Assembly (NCBI GenBank): GCA_040218735.1
Contig: JAVJQW010000060.1
Location: 12,753 to 76,752 of the forward strand
Reading direction: 5' to 3'
Length of the DNA: 64,000 nt
Source of the DNA: Deltaproteobacteria bacterium
GTDB taxonomy: Bacteria; Myxococcota; Kuafuiibacteriia; Kuafuiibacteriales; Kuafuiibacteriaceae
Below the pieces are notes generated by a model. It was not told where the DNA came from. It ran no database searches and was given only the letters and a program-made list of their open reading frames with translations. A program made the position numbers and the translations under genes. Positions 34,517-44,439 of this stretch are shown here, piece after piece (within the stretch, counting starts at the first letter, position 1; each line of letters starts with the position of its first letter).

Positions 34517-35788
34517 CTAAGTGCACTGGCCGGTGGCCAGGTTGCAGGTCTGTCCGGTGTTGCAGTCCGCGTCCGCGGTGCAGTTCGGGAGGCAGACGCC
34601 GATCCCCATGCCGCCCGAGAGGTCCGGGCACTGGTAACCCATCCGGCAGACACCCGCGCCGTTGTTCGACGGCATGCAGCCCTGGAAACACGCCGTCGTG
34701 CCCTGCTGGTCGATCGTAACGCAGTACTTGTTCGTCCCGCACTCCGAGTCGGCGCGGCAGCCAATCGCGGTGCAGTAACCGCCAACCCACGGCGTCGCCA
34801 TGCCACCGTCGTCCGCCAGGAAGCAGAACGCCTGGAGCGTGCCCGCGTTGCAGTCGGCGTCCGCCATGCACGGGTTGCCGGCGTCGGTCTCCTGCGTCTG
34901 CACGCAGACCTGCGCGTTGATCTCGGCGCAGCTGAGCGCCGCGACGGCCTCCGGCATGAAGCCCTGCGGATCCATCAGGCACGCGTTCACACACGCCTGC
35001 TCGTCGTAGGTGCCGGGGCACTGCATCTGCGCGCAGTTGAAGACGTGGTTGCACGCCTGCTGGCAGGTCGTGCCCATCATCTCCGTCTGGCACTCCGAGT
35101 CGCAGCCGTCGCCGCTCGTGGTGTTGCCGTCGTCGCAGGTCTCACCCGCCTCGACCAGGCCGTTGCCACAGACCGCCATACCCTCGGTCTGGCACGTCGA
35201 CGAGCAGCCGTCGCCGCTGGTGGTGTTGCCATCGTCGCAGGTCTCACCCGCCTCGACCAGGCCGTTGCCGCACACCGCGCCGCCTTCGGTCTGGCACGTG
35301 GACGAACAGCCGTCGCCGCTGGTGGTGTTGCCGTCGTCGCAGGTCTCACCCGCCTCGACGGTACCGTTGCCACACACCGCGCCGCCTTCGGTCTGACACG
35401 TCGCCGAACAGCCGTCGCCGCTGGTGGTGTTGCCGTCGTCGCACTGCTCGCCGGCGTCGAGCGTTCCATTGCCGCAGTTCGCGGCGTTCTCGAGCTGACA
35501 GGCCGCGGAGCAGCCGTCGCCGCCGGCCGTGTTGCCGTCGTCGCACTGCTCGCCGGTCTCGACCACGTTGTTGCCGCAGGTCGCGCTGCTGTTTTCGATC
35601 GTGCAGGCCGCGGAGCAGCCGTCACCGTTGGTGCGGTTGCCGTCGTCGCACTCTTCGGTGGACTGAAGGTTGCCGTCGCCGCAGCCGACGAAGACGACGT
35701 TGCCGTCGCCGCGGCGGTCGTCCGAGCAGGACGTCAGCGCTATCGCGGACAGCGCGAGCGTGAAGGTCAGGGTTGTCTTGAGCAACAT
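34517..35788 (-). CDS. Lipoprotein with six myxobacterial Cys-rich (DUF4215-type) repeats and Cys-rich C-terminus
   Basis: Lipobox LTSC; six CG(N/D)..E.CDDGN...GDGC...C units. Confidence 0.88.
   Translation of the reverse strand: MLLKTTLTFTLALSAIALTSCSDDRRGDGNVVFVGCGDGNLQSTEECDDGNRTNGDGCSAACTIENSSATCGNNVVETGEQCDDGNTAGGDGCSAACQLENAANCGNGTLDAGEQCDDGNTTSGDGCSATCQTEGGAVCGNGTVEAGETCDDGNTTSGDGCSSTCQTEGGAVCGNGLVEAGETCDDGNTTSGDGCSSTCQTEGMAVCGNGLVEAGETCDDGNTTSGDGCDSECQTEMMGTTCQQACNHVFNCAQMQCPGTYDEQACVNACLMDPQGFMPEAVAALSCAEINAQVCVQTQETDAGNPCMADADCNAGTLQAFCFLADDGGMATPWVGGYCTAIGCRADSECGTNKYCVTIDQQGTTACFQGCMPSNNGAGVCRMGYQCPDLSGGMGIGVCLPNCTADADCNTGQTCNLATGQCT
35083..35686 (-). repeat. Six tandem ~102-bp coding repeats
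   Basis: Period about 34 aa; units 3-6 nearly identical at DNA level (cagccgtcgccgctggtggtgttgcc). Confidence 0.85.
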
Positions 35789-35914
35789 CGGGAGACTCCG
35801 TTCTCGGTAGTTCGTCGATGCGGTCGTCCCAGACCGGCACCGAGCGTCGAAAACGGGGGTAGCACCACCGTACCGCGATGGGGAAGGCGTCGATGTACCG
35901 AAAGGTTTGGCCCG

Positions 35915-37000
35915 TCAGACGGCACCCTGCTCGATGAGGCGCTTGATGTCGTGGACCTTGAGCTTGTGGACGAAGGTCCTCAACGGCATCTTGAGCCGCT
36001 TCGCCGCCGCCGTCTGGTTGTGGTCCTCGAGCCGTAGCGCCCGCACGAGCACCTTGATCTCGTGTTTCGCCATCTCCGTCTTGAAATCGAGCAGCTCCTC
36101 GGGCGCGACCTCGTCGATCGCCGCCTGCACCGAGGGGGCCTCGATGTGCTCGGGCCGCGGCGCCGGGACCTCCTCGGGGGCCTCGAACATCTGCGGCACG
36201 AGCGCCCGCAGATCCAGCTCGACCGTCGCCCCACCCTCGCGGATCTGCTCCGGGAGGTGCTCGGGGCGGATCCAGCCGCACGAGGTCACGACGACCGCGC
36301 GCTCGATCGTATTCTTGAGCTCGCGGACGTTGCCCGGCCAGTCGTAGCTCATCAACATCGCGACGGCCTCGGGCTCGATCCCCTCGATCGCCACGTGGTT
36401 CGCCGCCGCCGCGATCTCCGCGAAGCGGTGCGCGAGCGGGAGGATGTCCTCGAGGCGCTGCCGCAGCGAAGGCACGCGCAGCGTTATGACGTTCAGACGG
36501 TAGTAGAGATCCCAACGGAAGGTGCCCTGACGGCACATCGCTTCGAGGTCGCGATGGGTCGCGGCGACGATGCGGACGTCGATCTCCACCTCGGACGTCG
36601 CGCCGACGCGCACCAGGCGCTTCGTCTCGAGCACCCGGAGCAGGCTGGCCTGCGCTTCGAGGGGGAGCTCGCCGATCTCGTCGAGGAACAGCGTCCCGTG
36701 GTCCGCCGCCTCGAAGACCCCCTTGCTCTGCTGCATCGCACCGGTGAACGCACCGCGCTCGTAGCCGAACAACGTGCTCTCGATCAGCTGCGGTGACATG
36801 CCGCCGCAGTTCAGACAGACGATCGGCTGGCTCGCGCGCGGACCGCGCTCGTGGATCTGGCGCGCGATGACCTCTTTGCCGGTGCCCGTCTCGCCGAACA
36901 CCATGACGGGCACGACGGCCTGCGCCACCTTGTCGACGGTCGCGAAGACCTCCTTCATGGCCCCGCTGGCCGCGATCGGTCGGTGTTCCGGAGCGTGCAT
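35915..37000 (-). CDS. Sigma54-dependent enhancer-binding protein (AAA+ and Fis HTH) lacking an N-terminal sensor domain
   Basis: GETGTGKE, GAFTGA, LFLDEIGE, RIVAATHR, WPGNVRELKN, HTH NQTAAAKRLKMPLRT; only ~35 aa precede Walker A. Confidence 0.92.
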   Translation of the reverse strand: MHAPEHRPIAASGAMKEVFATVDKVAQAVVPVMVFGETGTGKEVIARQIHERGPRASQPIVCLNCGGMSPQLIESTLFGYERGAFTGAMQQSKGVFEAADHGTLFLDEIGELPLEAQASLLRVLETKRLVRVGATSEVEIDVRIVAATHRDLEAMCRQGTFRWDLYYRLNVITLRVPSLRQRLEDILPLAHRFAEIAAAANHVAIEGIEPEAVAMLMSYDWPGNVRELKNTIERAVVVTSCGWIRPEHLPEQIREGGATVELDLRALVPQMFEAPEEVPAPRPEHIEAPSVQAAIDEVAPEELLDFKTEMAKHEIKVLVRALRLEDHNQTAAAKRLKMPLRTFVHKLKVHDIKRLIEQGAV

Positions 37001-37173
37001 CGGTCCGCCCACTCGAATCGGGTCCAGGGGGCGGGCAGTGGAGGGTCGGCCGGGCGGACGGATCGAATTGGGTCACCCGGCCCCGAAGAGAGGGGGTGCG
37101 GCGACGACGGCTGGGCCCAGCTCCCAGCCGCCGCCGTCGCGGGGTTTCGCTACAGGGGGTGTAGAGATTGGGT

Positions 37174-37617
37174 TCAGCGGTTCGCGAGAATCGGGGAGCG
37201 CTTCTGGACGCGGACGCTCATCACCACGCGGTCGTCGTTGGCGAGGTAGGCGATGCGGACGGGCTTGTCGAAGCACTCGTTGACGTTATTGCGGGCGACG
37301 CAGCGCCAGCGCGGGAGGTCGCGGTCACTCGACTCCGAGCGAATCTCGAAGACGACCTCGGCCTTCGAATCGATCTTCTCGTTCATCGCGGAGAACGTGA
37401 CAGCCTTCTTGCCGGGTGTGCGCTCACGAACGATGCGGGACTCGTGGAAGTCGTCCATCTCCACGGCGGTGACGCGTTTGTCGCCGAGGTCGAGCTCGGG
37501 CGCCGGGCGCTCCGCCCGCGCTTCGGTAGCGACGCCGAGCACCGCGCACATCGACACGGCGGAGGCCACGCCGAGGAGCTTGTTGAGGAGGTTGGTCTTG
37601 CTGGGGGTACGGTTCAT
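37174..37617 (-). CDS. Small secreted hypothetical protein
   Basis: AAAGGAAA RBS before ATG 37617; signal peptide ending ARA; one Cys pair in the mature part. Confidence 0.7.
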   Translation of the reverse strand: MNRTPSKTNLLNKLLGVASAVSMCAVLGVATEARAERPAPELDLGDKRVTAVEMDDFHESRIVRERTPGKKAVTFSAMNEKIDSKAEVVFEIRSESSDRDLPRWRCVARNNVNECFDKPVRIAYLANDDRVVMSVRVQKRSPILANR

Positions 37618-37665
37618 CGCTTGGTTTCCTTTCGTCAGCGTTGCTCGCTGGGTGACTTGGACTAG

Positions 37666-37682
37666 AGCAGGCACCGTGCCAA
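37666..37682 (-). promoter_or_regulatory. Sigma54 (-24/-12) promoter
   Basis: Minus strand TTGGCACGGTGCCTGCT: GG-N10-GC with TGGCACG. Confidence 0.8.
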
Positions 37683-37753
37683 CGCCGTGAGGCCTTGTTG
37701 CGCGTGTTTCGTGTGTTCTTTTGAAACGAATCGCGGGTAGGGCCCTGTGGTTC

Positions 37754-37793
37754 GGGCAAGCGCTTGCGCGATCGAGGGGGCAACGCTTTGCGC
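37754..37793. promoter_or_regulatory. Putative paired enhancer (UAS) sites
   Basis: GGGCAA-GCGC-TTGCGC (37754) and GGGCAA-CGCT-TTGCGC (37778), 24 bp apart, about 100-135 bp upstream of the predicted sigma54 start; AT-rich patch in between. Confidence 0.55.
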
Positions 37794-37965
37794 TCGCACC
37801 TTTCTGTCAGGCAAACCAGACGGTGAGCGCGTTGCGCCGAACGGCGGTGCGCGTCGCCGTGAACGCCGACCGTCGGCCCGACGTGGGCACGAGTGGCACA
37901 GGGGCCGAGGTCGGCGCAGGGGTTGGTAGGTCACATGTGGCAGCGAGATCCGCGGCGCGAGGTGA

Positions 37966-38886
37966 TCAGCGCGCGATGGACTGGATGAGGTTCTTCGCCG
38001 TCTCGTTGTACTTGTCGATGATCTGGCGAAGCATGTCGAACATCTGCGAGCGCTTGTCGATGAGGCGCTTCAGCTTCATCGTCTCGACGTCGATCGACGG
38101 GGCCGAGCCACCGCCCTTCCCGCCGCCGCCTTTTCCACCGCCCTTGCCGCCGCTCTGCTGCTGCTGAAGGGCGTTGATGTAGTTCGCCTGCGCTTCGATC
38201 TGCTTGTCCATCTGCTTCATGATGATCATGAGCATCAGGGCGACCTTGTCCTCGACGGTGAGCGCGGGGTCGCTCAAGACCGAGCTCGCGCTCCCGCCGC
38301 CACCGCATCCGGACGAGGACGGGGCGGAGCCGCCACACCGGTTCGAGCCGCCGCCGCCGCAACAGTTCGCGAGGCCGTTCATCATCGCGTTCGAATAACC
38401 CTGCGGCTGCCCTGCGAGCATCTCACGCACCATCTGCCGCGCCGGGCTGCTCCCGACGTCCGGCGACGAGCCCCCCGTGAACGGCTGCACACGCAGCTGT
38501 CCGTCGGGGCCGGGCTGGATGCGGCCGCCGAGCATGCGCTCGACCATCTGACGCCCGAAGGGGTCGGCGCGCAGGAAGCGCTGCAGGCGACTCATCGAGC
38601 TGGGATCGAGGTCCGAGAACGACGGCGCCTCGGGCGCGTACCCGAGCGGCGTGAACCCGTTCGGCCGGGGCATCCCACGGCCCGGCGCGATGATGCCGCT
38701 GCGCATCAGCGAGCGGAGCTGCTCCGGGCCGAAGCCGGAGAGGCTCGCGAGGTTGGCGGAGAGCGCCATCAGATCCTCGGGCCGGCCCCCCTGACCGGCG
38801 AGCTGCTGCGCGATCGCGGGGCCGTCGAGGCCCAGCTGGTTGAAGAGATCCGCTGCGGTGCGGAAGCGACGAACGTTGAAACCCAT
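37966..38886 (-). CDS. Gly/Met-rich protein with C-terminal helical hairpin resembling T3SS needle/inner-rod subunits
   Basis: AGGAGG RBS; no signal peptide; C-terminus MKLKRLIDKRSQMFDMLRQIIDKYNETAKNLIQSIAR. Confidence 0.6.
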   Translation of the reverse strand: MGFNVRRFRTAADLFNQLGLDGPAIAQQLAGQGGRPEDLMALSANLASLSGFGPEQLRSLMRSGIIAPGRGMPRPNGFTPLGYAPEAPSFSDLDPSSMSRLQRFLRADPFGRQMVERMLGGRIQPGPDGQLRVQPFTGGSSPDVGSSPARQMVREMLAGQPQGYSNAMMNGLANCCGGGGSNRCGGSAPSSSGCGGGGSASSVLSDPALTVEDKVALMLMIIMKQMDKQIEAQANYINALQQQQSGGKGGGKGGGGKGGGSAPSIDVETMKLKRLIDKRSQMFDMLRQIIDKYNETAKNLIQSIAR

Positions 38887-38914
38887 CCTGGAAGTTCCTC
38901 CTGGCGTGACGTAG

Positions 38915-38931
38915 TGCACGCGAGGGGCCAA
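38915..38931 (-). promoter_or_regulatory. Sigma54 (-24/-12) promoter
   Basis: Minus strand TTGGCCCCTCGCGTGCA: GG-N10-GC directly upstream of the RBS. Confidence 0.65.
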
Positions 38932-38995
38932 CGGGGGGTGGGGGTTCGGTGTCGTCGCGGTGGTGAACCGGTGGTGAGGTTGTGCGTTTTCTCTG

Positions 38996-39038
38996 GCCCC
39001 GGGTCGGGACCCGGACCGGAACCGGGACCCGGACCGGG
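38996..39038. repeat. Intergenic GGACCC/GGACCG hexamer repeat
   Basis: Shares the exact 16-mer TCGGGACCCGGACCGG (39004-39019) with the sucB insert arm (29132-29147). Confidence 0.7.
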
Positions 39039-39049
39039 TGTGGGGGGCG

Positions 39050-39544
39050 TCAGTGCGTACGGAGGTACTCGCGCGCGAAGTCCGTGCTCTTTTCGTAGGA
39101 GGCGCGGATCTCCTGCCCGATGATGTCCTCGATCTTCTTGCCGACGAGCGCGACCTTCACGATCACCTCGCCGTCGATCTTCCGCACGCACGAGTCCGGC
39201 GTGGGGCCCGGCTCGATCACGTAGGTGCCCTTCGCGGTGACGCGATCGGCGAGCTTGGACGGGATGACCTCCCACTGGCTCGTGCGCGACTTCGCGTCGG
39301 AGCGCTCCACCAGCTCGTAGGACAGCGCCTTCGCGCCGACGACCTTCGCGATCGGGCCCGGCAGCTCCTTGTCGCTCGTGATGCGCGAGCGCGCGTGCAG
39401 GACGCCGTCCTCCACGCGCGACTCGATGGTGACACGCTGCATCGTGCTCCCCTGCCCGACCGCGGCTTCGTAAGCGTCGCTCATGAGGAGCGACCAGGCG
39501 GTGTCGGCGTCGCGGGGCAGCTCGTGGACGAGCGAGAACTTCAT
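39050..39544 (-). CDS. DUF2505-family (START/SRPBCC-like) protein
   Basis: MKFSLVHEL start overlapping the upstream stop; C-terminal GEVIVKVALVGKKIEDII. Confidence 0.78.
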   Translation of the reverse strand: MKFSLVHELPRDADTAWSLLMSDAYEAAVGQGSTMQRVTIESRVEDGVLHARSRITSDKELPGPIAKVVGAKALSYELVERSDAKSRTSQWEVIPSKLADRVTAKGTYVIEPGPTPDSCVRKIDGEVIVKVALVGKKIEDIIGQEIRASYEKSTDFAREYLRTH

Positions 39545-40602
39545 GGCCGTTCGAACTCCTTGTCGAGCAGGTAGATGTACATGACCGCCATCGAGTCCTG
39601 CGGTTCCTTCGTCGTGTTGTTGTAGGTGCTGACGAGCTCGTACTCGTGGTCTTCGTAGAACGGGATGCCCTCCGCGCTCGACAGGTACTCGACGTGCTCC
39701 AGCCCGATCTTTTCGGCGTAGTTGCGGGCCTTGCTCTTGAAGACCGTCTTCTTCGCGGTCTTGTCGACCAGCTCCAGCGACTCGGCGAACGGGTGCAGGT
39801 GCACCGCGATGTAGTGCGCCGTCGTGTCGTACGGGACGCCGATCAACCGCGTCGCGTCGGTGCGGTTCACCTCGCGGCCGGGTTTGACGACCCAGTGCCC
39901 CGTGAAGCGCCGGCCCTGCGGATCGTCGTACTCGTGCTCCGACGCGTTCTCGCGCATGAGGCACCCCTCGCCGTGGCCGTCACCCGGGTCCTTGCCGAAG
40001 TGACCGTCGGGGCCTTCGAGGAGCGCGAGGCCGTACGCGCTCTTCTGGAAGAGCGGCTGCATCTTGCCCTCGACCTCCGCGTCCCGCGCGTAGCGCACCG
40101 TGACGCGGTGGCGGACCTTGAGGTCCTTCGGCTTCGCGATGTTGAGGTTCAGCACCTGCGTCGTGAGCGAGAGCTTCTCGTCGGAGCGCATCGGGATGCC
40201 GAAGCCCTTCGGGAAGCGGATGTCGAACTGCCCCTGCGACAACGTGAACAGCCGCCCGGAGATCCCGCCCTGCGCGTCGAGCGCCGCGGCGTGTTTCGAC
40301 GGATCGAGATCGAGGTTGGAGTGGCACATGAACTCCTGCGGCATCGAAGAGTTGCCGTCCGCGCCGACCATGTTCGCGCGGTACCCCGTGATCCACACGA
40401 GCTCCTTCTTCGCGGGATCACCGAGCGCGACCTCCGTCGTGCTCTGCGGCCCCATCATCGACTTGTACTTCTTGTCGACGGTGTAGACGGGCGACAGCAC
40501 GTCCTTCTCGCGCTCGCGAAACTTCGCGCGCGGCGCGGCCGCCAACGCGGCGCTGGTGACCCCCGCGATCAACAGACCGCTGATGAGAATCGAACGCTTC
40601 AT
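39541..40602 (-). CDS. Secreted protein resembling the copper type II ascorbate-dependent monooxygenase (PHM/DBH) fold
   Basis: Signal peptide ALA; MCHSN; HLHPFA (HxH) and distal YNN..DSMAVM; no clear HH pair. Confidence 0.55.
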   Translation of the reverse strand: MKRSILISGLLIAGVTSAALAAAPRAKFREREKDVLSPVYTVDKKYKSMMGPQSTTEVALGDPAKKELVWITGYRANMVGADGNSSMPQEFMCHSNLDLDPSKHAAALDAQGGISGRLFTLSQGQFDIRFPKGFGIPMRSDEKLSLTTQVLNLNIAKPKDLKVRHRVTVRYARDAEVEGKMQPLFQKSAYGLALLEGPDGHFGKDPGDGHGEGCLMRENASEHEYDDPQGRRFTGHWVVKPGREVNRTDATRLIGVPYDTTAHYIAVHLHPFAESLELVDKTAKKTVFKSKARNYAEKIGLEHVEYLSSAEGIPFYEDHEYELVSTYNNTTKEPQDSMAVMYIYLLDKEFERP

Positions 40603-40852
40603 GAAGGCCGAATCATCATCGAAGCGCGGATTGGAGGCAAAGGTCGGATGGTGCGTTCCAATCGGTTTCACGACGCGGGGTTTCGGGTCGGTCGAATGCC
40701 GTAATTTGGCGTCACCAGGGCGAAATCGGGCGCGCGATGGTGTTACTTCAGTCCCGGACCGGACGTATCGCGAGCGCACGGGACACGCGTTCGCGAGAAA
40801 GTTATCGAGCGAAGAGGACACTGGGGCGGGTCACGACGAAAGAGGGAGAGGG

Positions 40853-43800
40853 ATGAAGATCAAAGCGGTCTTTGCATGGGGACTGGCGACGGCGCTGACG
40901 CCGACGATCGCGCTGGGTTTTGCGCCCCCGTCGATGCACGGGGCACACGGTGAGGGACACGACGGGCGCCTGCTGCTGCCCACGGGTTCCGTCCGCGTTC
41001 AACCGGCCACCAGCTGGACGACGCCGAAGGCGGCGGGGACACGGTGGACGCAGTTCCTCCAGGCCACACCCGGCACCTGGCGCGCCCAATGGGACGCCGA
41101 CACCGAGATCCCGACCCGCATCTACGGCTCCGGAATCCACTTCGAAGGCGCGACCGCCAACGCGAGCCAGGCCGAAGCCGCCGCGCGTGAAGTGCTGAAC
41201 CGTCACCTCGCGCTCCTCGCGCCGGGCGCCGCGCCCGCGGACCTGGTGTTGGTCGCGAACGACTACGACGCCGCGAGCGCGCTCCGCACCGTGGCGTTCG
41301 AGGTCCGCTACGCGGGTTTCGAGGTCCTCGGCGCGCACCTCAACGTGCGCATCAAGAAGGACCGCCTCTTCGTGCTCGGCAGCGCCGGCCTCCCGCAGGC
41401 GAGCCTGGAGCTCCCGCGCAGCCGCGTCCGCGCCGCGACGCTGGAGCGCAACGCGCTGGCGAACACCGCGGGCAAGGACGTGCGTCTGTACGCGCCGGCC
41501 GCCGCGCCGGTCATCCTCCCGCTCGTCCACGACGACGGCCGCGTCTCGAGCCACCTCGTCTCCGAGGTCGTCGTGCACGTCGCGGAGCCGCTCGGTCGCT
41601 GGTCGGTCTTCGTCGACGTCGAGAACGGCGCCGAGGTCGCGCGTCGTCAGAACCTGCGCTTCGCGTCCGGCACGCTGCAGATGAACGCGCCGGAGCGGCG
41701 CCCGACCGATACGCGCCTCGACTGGGACGCACGCGACATGAACGTCTCGCTCGGCGGTCAGAACACGTCGACCGACGGAAGCGGCGTCGTCACCTGGACG
41801 GGCACCGACCCGATCAGCGGCACGATGACCCCCCTCGGTAGCGAGGTCCGCGTCGACAACGACGCCGGCGCACGCGCCACCTTCGACTTCACGGTGAGCG
41901 ACGGCGGGACCGCCGTCTGGAACGACGCGAACGACGAAGAGATCGACGCGCAGCTCAACACCTTCATCCACGCGCGCGTCGTGAAGGAGCGCGCCCGCAT
42001 CATCGCGCCGAACAACAACTGGCACGCCGACCCGGTCCAGGCGACCGTCAACATCGGCAACTCGTGCAACGCGTTCTCGGACGGCACGACGATCAACTTC
42101 TTCCAGTCGAGCCGGCAGTGCGAGAACACGGGTCGCCTCGCGGACGTCGTCCACCACGAGTACGGCCACTCGTTCCACGCGCACGTCATCATCCGCGGCG
42201 CGGGTGCGTTCGACGGCGCGCTCTCCGAGGGCGCGAGCGACTACATCGCCGCGACGATCACCAACGACCCGGGCATGGGCCGCGGCTTCTTCCGCACGAA
42301 CGCCCCGCTCCGCCACATCGACCCGCCGAACGACGAGGCCGTGTGGCCGGAGGACGTCGGCGAGTCGCACACCACCGGCCTGATCTTCGCGGGCGCGATG
42401 TGGGATCTGCGCAAGCAGCTGATCATCGACTTCGGTGACGAGGCGGCCGCGGTCGCGCACACCGACCAGCTCTGGCACCAGGCGCTGCGTCGCTCGCGCG
42501 ACATCCCCTCCTCGTACGTCGAGGTCCTCGCGGCCGACGACGACGACGGCGACCTCAGCAACGGCACGCCGAACCGCTGCGCGATCAACGACGCGTTCGG
42601 GCGCCACGGCCTCGCGGACGTCGAGCTGGTCTCGGTGCCGATCGGCAAGCCGGTCATCTCCGAGATGCTGCGCGTGCAGCTGCCGGTCGGTGAGAGCAAC
42701 AACACCTGCCCCGGCGCGAACATCGCGAGCGTCGATCTCGACTGGCGCGTCCGCGGCTCGAACGACGGCGGCGCCATCCCGATGGTGTCGACGATGCTCG
42801 GCTACGAGGAGCAGATCCCCAGCCAGACGCAGGGCAACGTCGTGCAGTACCGCATCGAGGTCACGCTCGACAGCGGCGAGAAGATCCTCCTCCCCGACAA
42901 CGCGGCCGACCCGTACTACGAGTACTTCATCGGCGAAGCGACCGAGATCTACTGCACCGGCTTCGAGGTCAACGACGACCCCGAGGGTGAAGGCTGGACC
43001 CACGCGCTCCTCGCCGGTGAAGACCGCGAAGGCGCCGACGACTGGCAGTTCGGCCCGCCGATGGCCGCCGCGAACAGCGGCGACCCGCAGGAGGCGTTCA
43101 GCGGCAACCAGGTCGCGGGCAACGACCTCGGCGGCGGCAACTACAACGGCCTGTACCAGCCCAGCAAACAGAACGAGCTGCGCTCGCCGTGGATCAACGT
43201 CTCCGAGTTCGAGGTCGTCCGTCTGCAGTACCGGCGCTGGCTGAACATCGAGGACGGTGACTTCGACCAGGCCGAGATCCTCGCGAACGACGAGGTGGTC
43301 TGGGCGAACTACGCGACCGGCAACCAGGGCGACACCCACCACACCGACAAGGAGTGGCGCTTCCACGACGTCGACGTCTCGGACGAGATCCGCGAGGGCG
43401 CGCTCCAGATCGCGTTCCGTCTGCAGTCGGACCGCGGCCTCGAGTTCGGCGGGTGGACGCTCGATGACTTCTGCATCGTCGGCTACAACACGTCGCCCGT
43501 CCCGGTGTGCGGCAACGGCCAGGTCGAAGAGGGCGAAGCCTGCGACGACGGCAACGCCGCGAGCGGCGACGGCTGCGAAGCCGACTGCTCGATCACGCAG
43601 CTGCCGCCCGCGTGCGGTGACGGCAACCTGGACCCGGGCGAGACGTGCGACGACGGCAACCTCATCTCCGGCGACGGCTGCGAGATGACGTGCACGCCGA
43701 CTATCGTCGACCCCGGCTGCCAGGGCGCCGACTGCAACCCGGTGACCGACCCGAACGACGAGCTCACGCAGCTCGACGACACCGGGTGCGGCTGCACCGC

Positions 43801-43882
43801 GACCGAGCGCGCTGACGGCGCCTCCGGCTGGGCGGCCCTCGCGCTGCTCTTCGGTCTGGTCGCGCGGCGCCGCCGCCGCTGA
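40853..43882 (+). CDS. Secreted M4/M36-type zinc metallopeptidase with beta-sandwich domains, two Cys-rich repeats and MYXO-CTERM
   Basis: Signal peptide; propeptide; [27 protein letters not shown]; [16 protein letters not shown]; tail GCGCTAT...[17 protein letters not shown]. Confidence 0.87.
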   Translation: MKIKAVFAWGLATALTPTIALGFAPPSMHGAHGEGHDGRLLLPTGSVRVQPATSWTTPKAAGTRWTQFLQATPGTWRAQWDADTEIPTRIYGSGIHFEGATANASQAEAAAREVLNRHLALLAPGAAPADLVLVANDYDAASALRTVAFEVRYAGFEVLGAHLNVRIKKDRLFVLGSAGLPQASLELPRSRVRAATLERNALANTAGKDVRLYAPAAAPVILPLVHDDGRVSSHLVSEVVVHVAEPLGRWSVFVDVENGAEVARRQNLRFASGTLQMNAPERRPTDTRLDWDARDMNVSLGGQNTSTDGSGVVTWTGTDPISGTMTPLGSEVRVDNDAGARATFDFTVSDGGTAVWNDANDEEIDAQLNTFIHARVVKERARIIAPNNNWHADPVQATVNIGNSCNAFSDGTTINFFQSSRQCENTGRLADVVHHEYGHSFHAHVIIRGAGAFDGALSEGASDYIAATITNDPGMGRGFFRTNAPLRHIDPPNDEAVWPEDVGESHTTGLIFAGAMWDLRKQLIIDFGDEAAAVAHTDQLWHQALRRSRDIPSSYVEVLAADDDDGDLSNGTPNRCAINDAFGRHGLADVELVSVPIGKPVISEMLRVQLPVGESNNTCPGANIASVDLDWRVRGSNDGGAIPMVSTMLGYEEQIPSQTQGNVVQYRIEVTLDSGEKILLPDNAADPYYEYFIGEATEIYCTGFEVNDDPEGEGWTHALLAGEDREGADDWQFGPPMAAANSGDPQEAFSGNQVAGNDLGGGNYNGLYQPSKQNELRSPWINVSEFEVVRLQYRRWLNIEDGDFDQAEILANDEVVWANYATGNQGDTHHTDKEWRFHDVDVSDEIREGALQIAFRLQSDRGLEFGGWTLDDFCIVGYNTSPVPVCGNGQVEEGEACDDGNAASGDGCEADCSITQLPPACGDGNLDPGETCDDGNLISGDGCEMTCTPTIVDPGCQGADCNPVTDPNDELTQLDDTGCGCTATERADGASGWAALALLFGLVARRRRR

Positions 43883-43894
43883 TAAGCCAGGGGC

Positions 43895-44428
43895 ATCGAC
43901 CCCGCCCTCCCCTACCTCCTCGCCGCGCTCGTCGGCGCCGCCCTCGCCCTCGCGGGGGCCCGGCGCTGGCGACGCGCGCGTGTCCATCGCCGCTTCGAAC
44001 GCGCCGCTCGCGCCGAGCAGGACGCGGTCGTGCTCGCGCGCCGCGCGGGTTACCTCGTCGAAGGCGTGCAGGTGGAGCGACGCTTCACGATCCACGTCGA
44101 CGGGCGCCCCGAGACGATCACGGTGCGGGCGGACATGGTGCTCGGGCGCGGCGGTCGACGGTTCGTCGCGGAGGTGAAGTCGGGGCGGATCGCGCCCGAT
44201 CCCACCTCGACGGCGACGCGACGCCAGCTCCTCGAGTACGCGCACGTCTTCGACGCGGACGGCGTGCTCCTCTTCGACATGGAGGCGAAGCGGATCCGCC
44301 CGGTGGAGTTCTCACGGGGGCGTCGCAGGCGCGTCTGGCCGTGGCTGGTGGTGGGGCTCGGGCTGGGCTGGGCGCTCGCGCGCACGGACCTCGGGTTCTG
44401 GCTGGCGTTCCTGCCCCAGGGGCACTAA
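43895..44428 (+). CDS. Membrane-anchored PD-(D/E)XK nuclease-fold protein (start uncertain: ATC 43895 or GTG 44030)
   Basis: AE..A....GY, RAD-x11-EVKSG, RQLLEY motifs; hydrophobic segments at both ends. Confidence 0.6.
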   Translation: MDPALPYLLAALVGAALALAGARRWRRARVHRRFERAARAEQDAVVLARRAGYLVEGVQVERRFTIHVDGRPETITVRADMVLGRGGRRFVAEVKSGRIAPDPTSTATRRQLLEYAHVFDADGVLLFDMEAKRIRPVEFSRGRRRRVWPWLVVGLGLGWALARTDLGFWLAFLPQGH

Positions 44429-44439
44429 CGTCCGCGCCC

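Noticed and set aside
35083-35686. Regularly spaced repeats that could be mistaken for a CRISPR array (also 48684-48871)
   Set aside because: Periods of about 102 and 60 bp are multiples of three, lie in coding frames, have no unique spacers, and no cas genes are present.
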